Origin: a virus
Taxonomy: Duplodnaviria; Caudoviricetes
DNA length: 40,017 bases
Virus record (IMG/VR): IMGVR_UViG_3300037482_000312
Coordinates: 1 to 40,017 of that record
Reading direction: 5' to 3' (one strand)
How positions within the stretch are numbered: position 1 is the stretch's first letter; every line of letters begins with the position of its first letter. Under the pieces are notes generated by a model that saw only the letters and a list, made by a program, of their open reading frames with translations, ran no database searches and was not told the DNA's origin. The position numbers and the translations under genes were made by a program. Positions 25,679 to 36,148 of this stretch are shown piece by piece.

Positions 25679-26656
25679 ATGGCCATCGGAGCAGGACTTG
25701 CCGGGCAGATCGGGCTCGCGACGCAGGGCGTGGACTACGACACCGCGGCGACGGTCACACGGTTCCTCGAGTTCGACAACGAGAACATCGTGACGGACGT
25801 CGCGAAGCTCTACGGGCGGGGGATCGGAGTAGGGCGCTTCCAGCGGGCGGACCGGGTGAAGACTTACATCCGCCAGGCATCGGGGCAGGTCCTTCTCCCG
25901 GTGATGAACAAGGGGTTCGGGCTGGTCTTCGAGCACATGCTGGGGCAGAACACGGTCACCGGCGCCACCGCGGACAAGACGCACACGGCGATTCCCAGCG
26001 CGGCCGCGCTGGCCGGCAAGTATGCGACGTGGCAGGTCGGACGTCCAGACGTCGCGGGGACGGTGCAGCCGTTCACGTTCGTGGGCGGCAAGGTGCGCTC
26101 CTGGGAGTTTCAGTTCCGGGTCGACGAGATCCTGCAACTGATGCTGGACATGGACTTCAAGACGGTGGTGACGGGGACGGCGCTGGCGAGCGCGAGCTAT
26201 GCGGCGACGCAGGAGTTCTTCGCCTTCCACGAGGGTGCGCTGAGCATCGACGGGAGCACGTTTTACGTGAAGAGCGGGACGCTGCGCGGGGAGAACGGGC
26301 TGGCGCACGACCGGCGCTTCCTGGGGAACCTGAAGCGGGAACCGCTGGCGGCCGGGGAGATGATGGTTAGCGGCCAGCTGGCGGCGGAGTTCGAGGACCG
26401 CGACGTCTACGACGCGTGGGTGGCGGGGACGGTGCAGGCGAGCGCGATCCTGAGCTTCACGACGGCGACGCTCATCCCGACGACGGCGGAGCCGTTCAGC
26501 CTGACGATCACGCTGGACGACATCGAGTACAACGGGGACACGCCGAACGTGGACGACGAGGGGATCCTGCAGCAGGCGATCCCGTTCAAGGCGCTGTATG
26601 ACGGGACGAACCCGCTGGTGAAGATCGAGTACGTGACGAACGACACGGCGTCGTAA
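25679..26656 (+). CDS. tail tube (major tail) protein
   Basis: 325 aa, GAGGAG RBS, typical composition and position. Confidence 0.8.
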   Translation: MAIGAGLAGQIGLATQGVDYDTAATVTRFLEFDNENIVTDVAKLYGRGIGVGRFQRADRVKTYIRQASGQVLLPVMNKGFGLVFEHMLGQNTVTGATADKTHTAIPSAAALAGKYATWQVGRPDVAGTVQPFTFVGGKVRSWEFQFRVDEILQLMLDMDFKTVVTGTALASASYAATQEFFAFHEGALSIDGSTFYVKSGTLRGENGLAHDRRFLGNLKREPLAAGEMMVSGQLAAEFEDRDVYDAWVAGTVQASAILSFTTATLIPTTAEPFSLTITLDDIEYNGDTPNVDDEGILQQAIPFKALYDGTNPLVKIEYVTNDTAS

Positions 26657-26723
26657 GAGGGAAGAGGGAAGAGGGGAGAGGGAAGAGGGAAGAGGCCCCC
26701 ACCCCATCCCCTACGGGGGCACG

Positions 26724-27170
26724 ATGGCAAACACCGGGCGGGACGAGTTCTTCAGAGTCGAAGGGCTGCGCGAGCTGCAGCGGGAGCTGAAGACGTCGCC
26801 GGACCGGCTCGACAAAGACCTTCGCAAGGGCATGCGGGAGATCGCGAAGACGATCGCAGACACGGCGCGGCAGCGTGCCGGCTCGCGGTCCCACCCGCGG
26901 CCGGGGCACGCGGTGGTCCGCAGCATCCAGGCCTCGAGCACTGGGGTGAACTCGCGGGTGAGCATCGGCGGGGCGAACGTGCCGTGGGCGCTGGGGCACG
27001 AGTTCGGGTCAATGGTGCGCCGGCAGTTCCCGGCCTGGCGGGGGAACAAGAGCGACGCGGGGTACTTCCTGTGGCCGACGATCCGGGAGGCCCGCGAGGA
27101 GACGATACCGGCGATGGTGACGTCGCTGCTGGACGAGATCCTGGCGAAGGCGTACCCGGAGCCGGATTGA
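26724..27170 (+). CDS. HK97 gp10-like tail component
   Basis: VEGLRELQREL...HEFG...GYFLWP. Confidence 0.7.
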   Translation: MANTGRDEFFRVEGLRELQRELKTSPDRLDKDLRKGMREIAKTIADTARQRAGSRSHPRPGHAVVRSIQASSTGVNSRVSIGGANVPWALGHEFGSMVRRQFPAWRGNKSDAGYFLWPTIREAREETIPAMVTSLLDEILAKAYPEPD

Positions 27171-27186
27171 AGACGAAGGAGACAAG

Positions 27187-27618
27187 ATGCTCGATCTGAC
27201 GATTGCCGAGACGTCGCAGTTCTACGAACTGACGGGGGTGACGTACACGAAGGCGCAGAAGGCGTTCGCGCCGAGGCCGTGCGGCCCGCACAACCTTGCG
27301 ATCAAGGCGTGCAAACCGTGCGCGAAGCCCGGGGTGGTGTTCTGCGAGGCCCACCTCGAGGAGTACCGGGACTGCGGGAACTGCCTTGGGGCGGGGCAGG
27401 ACACGCCGGAGGCGTGGCTGGCGGCGGTGGTCTACCTGGTGCGGAAACGCGACGGGCAGGAGAAGCGTACGTGGGAAGAGTTCACGACCCAGGTGAAGTA
27501 CACGGAGATGACGGCGGCCCTGGTTGAGCTGGGAAACGCCGGGGGGGAGCCCGTGCCGGCGAGTACCGCGCGTGGCTCCCGGCGTTCCTCCACTGGTACC
27601 CGGGGATCGAAGGGGTAG
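27187..27618 (+). CDS. tail assembly chaperone (G form); -1 frameshift product extends to 27698
   Basis: Precedes tape measure; slippery G-GGA-AAC at 27531-27537; -1 frame open to TGA 27696-27698. Confidence 0.8.
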   Translation: MLDLTIAETSQFYELTGVTYTKAQKAFAPRPCGPHNLAIKACKPCAKPGVVFCEAHLEEYRDCGNCLGAGQDTPEAWLAAVVYLVRKRDGQEKRTWEEFTTQVKYTEMTAALVELGNAGGEPVPASTARGSRRSSTGTRGSKG

Positions 27619-27734
27619 AGGGCTTCTGGTCGCTCTCCGTGCCTGATTTCGAGCTGCTGAAGGGCTGGATCGAGGAGCAGACGAAGAAGCGGCGCTGAAT
27701 CCCCGACAGCGCGTCTCCCGGACGCTACGGGGGT

Positions 27735-30083
27735 ATGGCCGACACCAAGCGGACCGTCATTCTCGCCGGGGATGCGAAGAGCCTGAAGGGTGCCCTCAAA
27801 GAAGCCGAGGGCGGTGTAGACGGGTTCGGGAGCAAGGTAGCGGGAGCCGGGAAGGCCGCAGCGCTGGCGCTGGCCGGCGTGGGGCTGGCGGCGGGAGCGG
27901 CGGCGATCGTGAGCGTCAAGGCGTTCGCGAACTTCGACGCAAAGATGCGCGAGGTCTTCACGCTGATGCCGGGCATCAGCAAAGACGCGATGCAGGACAT
28001 GACCGGGCAGGTGAAGGACTTCGCGAAGGAGTTCGGGGTCCTGCCGAACGAAGTGGTGCCGGCGCTCTACCAGGCGATCTCGGCCGGGGTACCGGCAAAC
28101 AACGTCTTCACGTTCCTGGAGACGGCGCAGAAGGCCGCGAAGGGCGGGGTCACGGACCTCGAGACGGCCGTCGACGGCATCAGCTCGGTGGTGAACGCGT
28201 ACGGCGCGGACGTCATCGACGCGACGAAGGCCAGCGACCTGATGTTCACGGCGGTGAAGCTGGGCAAGACGGACTTCAACCAGCTCAGCAGCGCCCTCTT
28301 CAACGTGACGCCGACGGCGGCCGCGCTGGGGGTGAAGTTCGAGGACGTGACGAGCGCGCTGGCACGGTTGACGGCCCAGGGGACGCCGACGAGCGTGGCG
28401 ACGACCCAACTGCGGGCGGCACTCCTGGAGGCGAGCAAGAGCGGGACGAAGCTGAGCGATTCGATCGTGAAGCTGAGCGGTAAGACGTTCGCGGAGCTGA
28501 TTGCGTCGGGCAAGAGCACGATCGACATCTTCGACGACCTGCGGGCATCGATGCCGGAGCAGGCGTTCAAGGACCTGTTCGGGTCGGCGGAGGCGATGAA
28601 CGCGGTGCTGGGGCTGACGGGCCCGCAGGCGGAAGCGGCACGGCTCGCGCTGGCCGAGATGGGGAGCTCCGCCGGCGCCACGGACGCGGCCTTCGCCACG
28701 ATGAGCGGGGGGCTGAACGACAACATCGCGAAGATCAAGGCGAATGTGGCGGTGCTGGCACTGGATGTCGGGGAGAAGCTCGCGCCGGCGTTCGTGCAGC
28801 TGACGGAGTGGCTACTGGAGAACGGGCCGAAATGGCGGGAATGGTTCCAAAAGAACGTGCAGCCGGTCATCGCACAGGTGACGGCCTGGGTGGAGGAGAA
28901 CGGGCCGAAATGGAAGGCGTGGTACGAGGAGAACGTGGCGCCCGTGCTGGCGGCTGCCGCGGCGTTTCTGCGGGAGCAGTTGCCGCCGGCGCTGGAGGCG
29001 ATCGGGAAGTTCGTGGAGGAGAACTTCCAGAAGTTCAAGGTCTACTACGAAAGCGACATCCGGCCGGCGATGCAGAACATCAGGACGGCGATCGAGGAGA
29101 CCGTCAAGTTCGTCATCGAGCACTGGGAGAAGTTCGACAAGGTCGTGGGGCCGATCCTGGACACGTTCAAGCGCCTCGTCGAGACGAACATGAAGGTCGT
29201 GAAGGAAGTCCTGCAGATCATCATCGACCTGCTGGGCGGGGACTTCTCGGGGGCATGGGAGAACACCAAGCAGCTGGTGAGTGCCGTCGTGACGTTCTGG
29301 GTGGACGTCGTGAGAAACGGGATCGAGCTCCTGAAGGGGCAAGCGAGCCTGCTCTGGGATGCCGGTAAACTGCTGTTCGCGAAGCTGAAGGAAGGGGCGG
29401 CGGAGCTGTGGGACGGCACAATCAAGCCGTGGCTGCTGGGGCTGCCGGGGCAGATGAAGGACCTGCTGGTAGCGGGTGCGGCGCTTCTCCTCGAGGCGGG
29501 GAAGGCGCTGTTCTTCCAGGCGATGTCGGGGATGCAGACGCTGTGGACGGACATCCTGAAGCCGTGGCTGCAGGGGTTGCCGGACCAGATTGCGGGCGCG
29601 CTTGGGAACCTGACCAACGCGCTCTATCAGAAGGGCGTTGACCTGATCCAGGGGATGGTCAACGGCATTCTCTCGATGGCGGGCAAGGTCGGCAGCGCTA
29701 TCGATGCGGTCATCCCCGGATTCCTGAAGGGAGGCGACGGCAAGGCCTTCGCGGAGGAACTGGACCGCCGGTTCGGTGGGGCAGAAGCGCGGGCGTTCGG
29801 CGGGCCAGTGGTGGCGGGCCGGCCGTACCTGGTGGGCGAGCGGGGGATGCCGGAGCTGTTCATCCCGCGGCAGAGCGGCGAGGTGGTACCGCTGGGGCGC
29901 TCGTCTGGCCGGGGGATGGGCGAGGGCGGGGGGACGTTCGCGCCGGTGTTCAATGTGACGGTGAACGCGGGGCCGGGGAGCGACGGCCCGGGGATCCGGC
30001 GGGCGCTGGAGGAGTGGTGGGAGGAGCAGAAGGCGCGTGAGTTCGGATCGATGGCGCTGCAGTGGGGGGTGAGGGCCGGATGA
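27735..30083 (+). CDS. tape measure protein (TP901 family)
   Basis: ALYQAISAG, AV.LGKTDF, GVKFEDV, Trp-periodic repeats, RAFGGPV..GRPYLVGERG.PELF. Confidence 0.92.
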   Translation: MADTKRTVILAGDAKSLKGALKEAEGGVDGFGSKVAGAGKAAALALAGVGLAAGAAAIVSVKAFANFDAKMREVFTLMPGISKDAMQDMTGQVKDFAKEFGVLPNEVVPALYQAISAGVPANNVFTFLETAQKAAKGGVTDLETAVDGISSVVNAYGADVIDATKASDLMFTAVKLGKTDFNQLSSALFNVTPTAAALGVKFEDVTSALARLTAQGTPTSVATTQLRAALLEASKSGTKLSDSIVKLSGKTFAELIASGKSTIDIFDDLRASMPEQAFKDLFGSAEAMNAVLGLTGPQAEAARLALAEMGSSAGATDAAFATMSGGLNDNIAKIKANVAVLALDVGEKLAPAFVQLTEWLLENGPKWREWFQKNVQPVIAQVTAWVEENGPKWKAWYEENVAPVLAAAAAFLREQLPPALEAIGKFVEENFQKFKVYYESDIRPAMQNIRTAIEETVKFVIEHWEKFDKVVGPILDTFKRLVETNMKVVKEVLQIIIDLLGGDFSGAWENTKQLVSAVVTFWVDVVRNGIELLKGQASLLWDAGKLLFAKLKEGAAELWDGTIKPWLLGLPGQMKDLLVAGAALLLEAGKALFFQAMSGMQTLWTDILKPWLQGLPDQIAGALGNLTNALYQKGVDLIQGMVNGILSMAGKVGSAIDAVIPGFLKGGDGKAFAEELDRRFGGAEARAFGGPVVAGRPYLVGERGMPELFIPRQSGEVVPLGRSSGRGMGEGGGTFAPVFNVTVNAGPGSDGPGIRRALEEWWEEQKAREFGSMALQWGVRAG

Positions 30084-32164
30084 CGGCGACTATTTCGGAT
30101 GTGCTGGTCTCGACGACGTCACCGGAGTTCGGGAGTTGGAGCTTCGACGGCCCTGACGCCGTCTCCGCTGTCAACGACGAGGACGATAATACACAGATCT
30201 ATACGCCCCAGGCGGCCCACGAGCAGCATTTTACCCTGTCCTCACTGGGGTTTCCGGCGAACCTGACCAGTGGTGGCTGGCTCATTTCGGTGACGATCAA
30301 ACTCCGTGGCGGCGCAATTATTCTCGGGACGCCCAACGACATTACGCCGCTCGCTGAATTCACGCTCACCAACGGCGCCCTCACGTTTGAAGACGCGCTT
30401 TCCGACCAGGCGAAGACTATCACTCTCAACGTGGCGTACGGGGTCTGGGTCAAAAAAGTCGGCGTTCGGAGCGGCACCGGCGGACGAGTACCGCGGATCC
30501 GAACGGATGTCCTCTACTCGCCGGCGCCGAACGCGCCGACGCTGGTGTCGCCGAGCGGGAACGTGGGGTCGCTGACGCCGACGATGCAGACCTCGGTGAA
30601 CAACCCGGCGGGCGGGGACACGGTGACGCACACCGACATTGAGGTGCGGCGGGTCAGTGACAACGCCCTCTTCTGGGCTTCGGGATGGCAGAGCGGGACG
30701 TCGATCGGCTATGCCGGGAGCACGCTGGCGAACGGGGTGGAGTACAAGTGGCGGGCGCGACACAAGAACACGTACGGAGCGATCGCGACCTACAGCGGGT
30801 TCACAAACTTCACGCCGGTGCTCTCGGACCCGCCGGTGGCGACGCTGGTGTCGCCGATCGGGGGGACGAGCGTCGGGTCGCTGACCCCGACGCTGACGCT
30901 GAACTTCTCGGACCCGAACGCCGGCGACGTCTTCTCGGCCTACCAGCTGCAGGTGCGGCGGGTGAGCGACCAGGTCCTCTTCTGGGATCCGGGGCAGGTG
31001 GCGACCAGCCAGGCGCAGAAGGACGCGAAGCAGGCGTCCGTGGTCTATGGCGGCACGACGCTCGTAGCGGGGACCACGTACGAGTGGCGGGCGCGGGTCC
31101 AGGACGACAACAGCGTCTGGTCGAACTACACGGGATGGGAGTCGTTCACGCCGCAGACGGCCCCGGACGCGCCCACGCTGACGAGCCCGAGCGGGCTGGT
31201 GAACACGCTCACGCCGACGATCCAGGGCACCTACAACCAGGGCAGCGGGGGCAGCGAAGCGGCCTTCCAGTACGAGGTCCGGCAGGGGACGACGACCATC
31301 TACCAGTCGGGCGACGTGGCGACCGTGATCGCGACCGGGCAGGCGTATGGGACCGACAACCCGAGCGACACGCCGTCGACGCCGCCGGCGCTGGCGTGGG
31401 GGACGTCGTACAGCATCCGGGCGAGGTCGAAGGACGCGGCTGCCGCGTACTCGGCGTGGACGAGCTGGCAGAACTTCAACACAAACGCGAAGCCGACGAC
31501 GCCGGGCATCGTCTCGCCATCGGGGGATGTGACGGGCGACACGACGCCCACACTGACGTGGACGTACAGCGACCCGGACGGGGACGCCCAGACCGTGGCG
31601 GAGGTGGAGCTGCGGAAGGTCTCGGACGACTCGGTGGTGACGGGCTACGGGCCGAAGGAGTTGACGCAGAGCACGCAGACGCACGACGTGACGGAGACGC
31701 TGATCGACTCACCGGCGACGGAGTACAAGTGGCGCGTGCGGGTAAAGGGGCTCGCCGGGCCGGGCTTCTCGGACTGGAGCTCCTGGGCGACGTTCACGGT
31801 GGCCACGGCGCCCACGGTGACGGTCTCGTCGCCGACGCAGGACCAGGTCCTCGGCGCCCCGGCGCACGCCATCCAGTGGTCGCTCTCGGGCGGCTCGGGG
31901 ACGCAGCAGGACTACCGGGTGAAAGTGCTGGCGGCCGACCAGGCGACGGTAGTCCATGACACGGGGGTAGTCGCCGGGACGGCGACCTCGTACGCGCTGG
32001 CGAGCGGGATCCTGAAGAACGGGAACACCTACTACGTCCAGGTGATCGCGCGGGACACGCTGAACCAGGAGGCGCAGAGCTCGCTGGTGCGGGCGACGAC
32101 GAGCTGGACGCCGCCGGCGACGATCACGGGCATCTCGGTAGTGGCCGTGGGGAGCCAGACGTGA
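30080..32164 (+). CDS. tail protein with multiple Ig/FN3-like repeats
   Basis: Repeated P.APTL.SP...LTPT...Y.WR.R...WS.W..F modules. Confidence 0.8.
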   Translation: MTATISDVLVSTTSPEFGSWSFDGPDAVSAVNDEDDNTQIYTPQAAHEQHFTLSSLGFPANLTSGGWLISVTIKLRGGAIILGTPNDITPLAEFTLTNGALTFEDALSDQAKTITLNVAYGVWVKKVGVRSGTGGRVPRIRTDVLYSPAPNAPTLVSPSGNVGSLTPTMQTSVNNPAGGDTVTHTDIEVRRVSDNALFWASGWQSGTSIGYAGSTLANGVEYKWRARHKNTYGAIATYSGFTNFTPVLSDPPVATLVSPIGGTSVGSLTPTLTLNFSDPNAGDVFSAYQLQVRRVSDQVLFWDPGQVATSQAQKDAKQASVVYGGTTLVAGTTYEWRARVQDDNSVWSNYTGWESFTPQTAPDAPTLTSPSGLVNTLTPTIQGTYNQGSGGSEAAFQYEVRQGTTTIYQSGDVATVIATGQAYGTDNPSDTPSTPPALAWGTSYSIRARSKDAAAAYSAWTSWQNFNTNAKPTTPGIVSPSGDVTGDTTPTLTWTYSDPDGDAQTVAEVELRKVSDDSVVTGYGPKELTQSTQTHDVTETLIDSPATEYKWRVRVKGLAGPGFSDWSSWATFTVATAPTVTVSSPTQDQVLGAPAHAIQWSLSGGSGTQQDYRVKVLAADQATVVHDTGVVAGTATSYALASGILKNGNTYYVQVIARDTLNQEAQSSLVRATTSWTPPATITGISVVAVGSQT

Positions 32165-32201
32165 TGAAGAGGGAAGAGGGAAGAGGGAAGAGGGAAGAGC
32201 G

Positions 32202-32861
32202 ATGAGCTTTGCTGCGTTGCCGCTGCTGTACCTGACGTGGGACGCCTCGACGGTGGCGCTGGCGGATTTTATCAGGTACCAGGTGTACCGGCGGGTGCTG
32301 GGGGCGACGGACTGGTCGAAGGTCGCTCGCATCAACGACCGGGCGGTGACGTTCTACCAGGACTTCAACGTGGCCGCGGGGGTGGAGTACGAGTACGCGG
32401 TGACCCAGGTGAAGGACGTGAGCGGCGAGGAGGTGGAGAGCGCCTTCCCGACGGGGGTGAGCGCTGCGGTGACGCTGGTGAGCTCGTTCCTGCACGATGT
32501 GGCTGGACCAGTGAACTACGCCGAGTTCGATGTGAATCAGCAGCTGGAGATCGGGCAGTCGGTCGGGTTCGTGCAGCCGTGGAGCCGCCAGGTACCGACG
32601 ATGCACGTGGGGAACGTGGAGACGAAGGCGCTGAGCCTGCGTATCGGGCCGCTCCACTGGGACACGGAGAGCGGGACCTGGGACGCCCTGGTGAGCCTGC
32701 AGAGCAGGCAACGGACGAGCGGGTCGCTACTTTGCTACCGGGACCAGCGGGGATCGCGGGTGTTCTGCCAGCTGACGCAGCTGGGGAAGGGGGAGGCGGA
32801 GGTGCGAGCGGACATCAACGTGGGACTGCGCGAGGTGTATTACCGGGAGGAGGTGGATTAG
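32202..32861 (+). CDS. minor tail protein (FN3-like N-terminus)
   Basis: LTWDAS..YQVYRR..YQD...YEYAVT. Confidence 0.65.
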   Translation: MSFAALPLLYLTWDASTVALADFIRYQVYRRVLGATDWSKVARINDRAVTFYQDFNVAAGVEYEYAVTQVKDVSGEEVESAFPTGVSAAVTLVSSFLHDVAGPVNYAEFDVNQQLEIGQSVGFVQPWSRQVPTMHVGNVETKALSLRIGPLHWDTESGTWDALVSLQSRQRTSGSLLCYRDQRGSRVFCQLTQLGKGEAEVRADINVGLREVYYREEVD

Positions 32862-32912
32862 GAGTGAAGAGGAAAGAGCGGAGAGCGGCGAGCCCCCGGC
32901 GAGGAGGGAACA

Positions 32913-33455
32913 GTGGCTGTTGAGAGCGCGGACATCAAGGTTCGGCTGAGCACGAAGACCGGCGCGGCGGGGAACACGACAGCTTCGACGCCGGCGGAGT
33001 CGCTGGGGAAGTACATCTCGACGACGGACCTGGTGGACGCGACGCTGCAGAACCTGTTCTCGAACATCACGGCGGCCCAGGCGGCTGCCGGGGTGACGCT
33101 CTACCGGTGCATCTTCGCCTACAACTCGCACGGGTCGCAGACGTGGCAGTCGGTGGTGGCGTGGCTGCTATCGCAGATTGCCGGTGGCGGGGACCTGTCG
33201 ATGGGGCTGGACCCGGCGGGATCCGTGCCGGCGGGTCAGGCCGGCGCCCAGGCGGAGGAGATCGCGGACGAGACAACGGCGCCCACGGGGGTGACGTTCT
33301 CGCAGCCGACGGACATCGCCGACGCGCTGAGCCTGGGGAACATCGTGGCGGGGAACTGCCACGCCATCTGGTTCAAGCTCGTGGTGCCCGCGGACGTGGC
33401 GGCGCAGCGCCTGGATAACGCGATCTTCAAGGTGCAGGGACAGTCGGACCCGTAG
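32913..33455 (+). CDS. minor tail/virion protein
   Basis: SLGKYIS...NLF.NI...YRCIF...IW motif; GAGG RBS. Confidence 0.65.
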   Translation: MAVESADIKVRLSTKTGAAGNTTASTPAESLGKYISTTDLVDATLQNLFSNITAAQAAAGVTLYRCIFAYNSHGSQTWQSVVAWLLSQIAGGGDLSMGLDPAGSVPAGQAGAQAEEIADETTAPTGVTFSQPTDIADALSLGNIVAGNCHAIWFKLVVPADVAAQRLDNAIFKVQGQSDP

Positions 33456-33531
33456 CGACCGTGAGCAGGGAGCAACCCCCGGCCCCGTAACAAGCGGAGA
33501 GTGAAGAGCGGAGAGCAGAGAGGAGCAGGAC

Positions 33532-34002
33532 ATGGCACTGGGTAGGGTTTACAAGGTGAGCGGCGGGCAGAGCATCGCGGCGAACGCGACGGAGACGCAG
33601 CTGGTGATCACGGCCCCGTCGAACCGGGTGGTGCGGCTGCGGAGGGTGGCCTTCGGGCAGGATGGGCACAACAACAGCGAGACGATCCTGCTGGAGATGC
33701 TGCGTGCGACGGCGGCGGGATCGGGAGGTGCAGCGCCGACTCCCCAGCCGGTGCAGGTAAACCAGGGAGCCGCCGGATCGACGATTGGCGATGGGCCGAC
33801 GACGGAGCCGACGTACGCCTCGGAGGAGCCGTACCTGCAGATCGCGGTGAACACGGCTTTGGGTCGGGACTACGTGTTCGACCCGGAGAGCGCGCCGATC
33901 GTGCCGCCGTCGGGGATTGCCGGCATCCGGGTGGTGAACCGGACAGGGAACACGGCGATCAGCTCGCCGCGTTGCGAGCTGGAGTTCGAGGAGATCGGGT
34001 AA
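33532..34002 (+). CDS. putative virion protein
   Basis: GAGGAG RBS; beta-rich. Confidence 0.65.
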   Translation: MALGRVYKVSGGQSIAANATETQLVITAPSNRVVRLRRVAFGQDGHNNSETILLEMLRATAAGSGGAAPTPQPVQVNQGAAGSTIGDGPTTEPTYASEEPYLQIAVNTALGRDYVFDPESAPIVPPSGIAGIRVVNRTGNTAISSPRCELEFEEIG

Positions 34003-34005
34003 CCG

Positions 34006-35874
34006 ATGGTCACCGCGGGACCAAACAGCCCGGGCACAGCGGTGGATGATGCCAGCGCGGGTACGAATGCCTGGTCCAACCCGGGCAACTGCCTGAGCAG
34101 CAACAACGTCTACGCCTCGTCCGCGCTGAACGACACGCACTATCTGCTTGCCACGAACTTCGGGTTCGCGATCCCTGCGGGGATGGTGATTGACGGAGTG
34201 CTAGTAGAGGTCGAAGAGAAGTGGACTTCGAATGGCTCCGGCACCGCGCACAAGTGCCGGCTCTCCGCTGGCGGCTTCATCGGAACCGAGAAAAACCGCT
34301 CCATCGGTCAGAACGGTTCGGAGAGCTACTTCTCATTTCCCGCCAGCGGCGCGCCGACCGACCCCTGGGGCGCGACGCTGACGACGGCAATCATCAATGG
34401 CACGGACTTCGGCGCCGGCTTCCGGTTCACCGGTACAGCGCCGGTGACGGTCGACGTCGACCACATCCGCATAACCGTCTACTACAGTGCGCTGCTGCTG
34501 GGCGAGCCGGACGAGAGTACCCCCATCGTCATGTCGCAGACGCGGGAGGCCCGGGTGCGTAGCCGCCAGGCCACGCGGGTCGCTCAGCTGGGTGCCATGG
34601 TTGCTGAGCTCCTGCCGTTCAGCACGCTGGCGGTCTCGCCGGAGCTGCAGTGGGCGCTCGGAGGAGCGGTCCTGGTATCGCCGGAGCTGCAGTGGGCGCT
34701 GGGCGGGCGCGTGAGCCAGGAGCGGACGCTCCAGTGGCGGGTGGCGCCCTCGGCGCTGCGGGTGCACTACGCCCTGACGGGGCGGACGGGACCGGTAGTC
34801 TACGCGTTCCGCTTCGAGAAACGATCGAAGACGAACCAGTTCATCGCGGACGTGTCGCCTGCGGTCCTCGGGGCCCAGGTGGACCTGAACAACGACCGGA
34901 CGGTGCTGCGGACGGCGCGCTTCAGCATCGACGCCGGCGCCCTCGACGACCGGGGGGTAGCGGTCTCCATTGACCCGCTGGCGGACCACATCGCGGTCAT
35001 CATGGAGCTCCTCGTGGACGGCTCGTACGAGCTCGACATCCCGATGGGGCTGTTCGCGCTGAACGTGCCGGCGAAAGCGTACCGGCCCCAGGCGGACGAG
35101 ACGTGGGAGGTTGAGGCGAACGACCTCACGATGCACCTCCTGGAGGCGACGACGACGACGGCGTACCGGGTGGCGAGCGGTGCGAACTACATCACGGGCA
35201 CGAACGCGGTGAAGGCGATCTTTGACAGCTTCGGGCTGGCGCACGCCTTCCCGGCGACCACGAGGACGCTGCCGGTGGACATGACGTGGCCGCCGGGGAC
35301 GCCCTGGGCGACGGTCGTGAACGACCTGCTGCACGGCGCGGGGATGTACTCGCACTGGTTCGACGCGAGCGGCGTGGGCCGCTCGCAACTGCTCGACGAC
35401 CTCTCCCGGCGGGCTGCGGACGTGGAATACAGCGGGGATGACTTCGTGCTGATCCCGATCCGGGAGGAGGCTGAGACGACGCGGCTGGCGAACCAGGTCA
35501 TCGTGGTGGTGGACGACCCGAACCGGGCGCCCCTGTCGTCGGTGGCGACGAACGATGACCCGGACTCGCCGGTATCGACGGTCACGCTGGGGAGGACGAT
35601 CACGAAGGTGATCCAGGCTGATGCGGCAGCGGACCAGGCGACGCTCGACGAGCGCGCCCAGCGGGAGTTGCAGGAGTCGGCGTCGCTCTACCGGCGGGCC
35701 ACGCTGCTGACGTCAATCGACCCTCGGCGGGAGGGGCGGGAGGTATACGAGCTGACGGTGGAGGGCGTGTACGAGGCGGAGAAGTGGTGGGTGAGGAACT
35801 GGGCGGTGGAGCTGAAACCCGCAGCGCAGATGCGGCATACGCTGGGGCGCGTGGAGAGGGTGAGCACTTCGTGA
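34006..35874 (+). CDS. minor tail protein: N-terminal beta-sandwich module plus C-terminal baseplate-hub-like domain
   Basis: TNFGFAIP...IDG..V...DPWG...DFG...VDHIRITVYY module; C-terminal IPMGLF, WFDASG, NQVIV, GRTI. Confidence 0.7.
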   Translation: MVTAGPNSPGTAVDDASAGTNAWSNPGNCLSSNNVYASSALNDTHYLLATNFGFAIPAGMVIDGVLVEVEEKWTSNGSGTAHKCRLSAGGFIGTEKNRSIGQNGSESYFSFPASGAPTDPWGATLTTAIINGTDFGAGFRFTGTAPVTVDVDHIRITVYYSALLLGEPDESTPIVMSQTREARVRSRQATRVAQLGAMVAELLPFSTLAVSPELQWALGGAVLVSPELQWALGGRVSQERTLQWRVAPSALRVHYALTGRTGPVVYAFRFEKRSKTNQFIADVSPAVLGAQVDLNNDRTVLRTARFSIDAGALDDRGVAVSIDPLADHIAVIMELLVDGSYELDIPMGLFALNVPAKAYRPQADETWEVEANDLTMHLLEATTTTAYRVASGANYITGTNAVKAIFDSFGLAHAFPATTRTLPVDMTWPPGTPWATVVNDLLHGAGMYSHWFDASGVGRSQLLDDLSRRAADVEYSGDDFVLIPIREEAETTRLANQVIVVVDDPNRAPLSSVATNDDPDSPVSTVTLGRTITKVIQADAAADQATLDERAQRELQESASLYRRATLLTSIDPRREGREVYELTVEGVYEAEKWWVRNWAVELKPAAQMRHTLGRVERVSTS

Positions 35875-35908
35875 GAGGGAAGAGGGAAGAGGGAAGAGGG
35901 AAGAGGCG

Positions 35909-36148
35909 ATGAACCTGGCGGCGTTGATTCAGGGGATGTTCGAGGGGTTGTGGGGGGAGCGGGTGTTTCGGGCGACCGTGACGGGGACGAGCGGGAACCT
36001 GGTGACGATCCAGCGGACGGGGCAGGCTGCGGCGGACCCGCAGAGCTACGCCAAGCTGGCGAGCTACTCATCGCCGCAGGTGGCCGACGAGGTGGTGGTG
36101 CTGCGCGTGGGGTCCGGCTGGATCGTGATGGGGAAGGTGATCCGGTGA
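35909..36148 (+). CDS. small OB-fold-like tail protein
   Basis: ATVTG...YSSPQVADEVVVLR...WIVMGKV. Confidence 0.65.
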   Translation: MNLAALIQGMFEGLWGERVFRATVTGTSGNLVTIQRTGQAAADPQSYAKLASYSSPQVADEVVVLRVGSGWIVMGKVIR

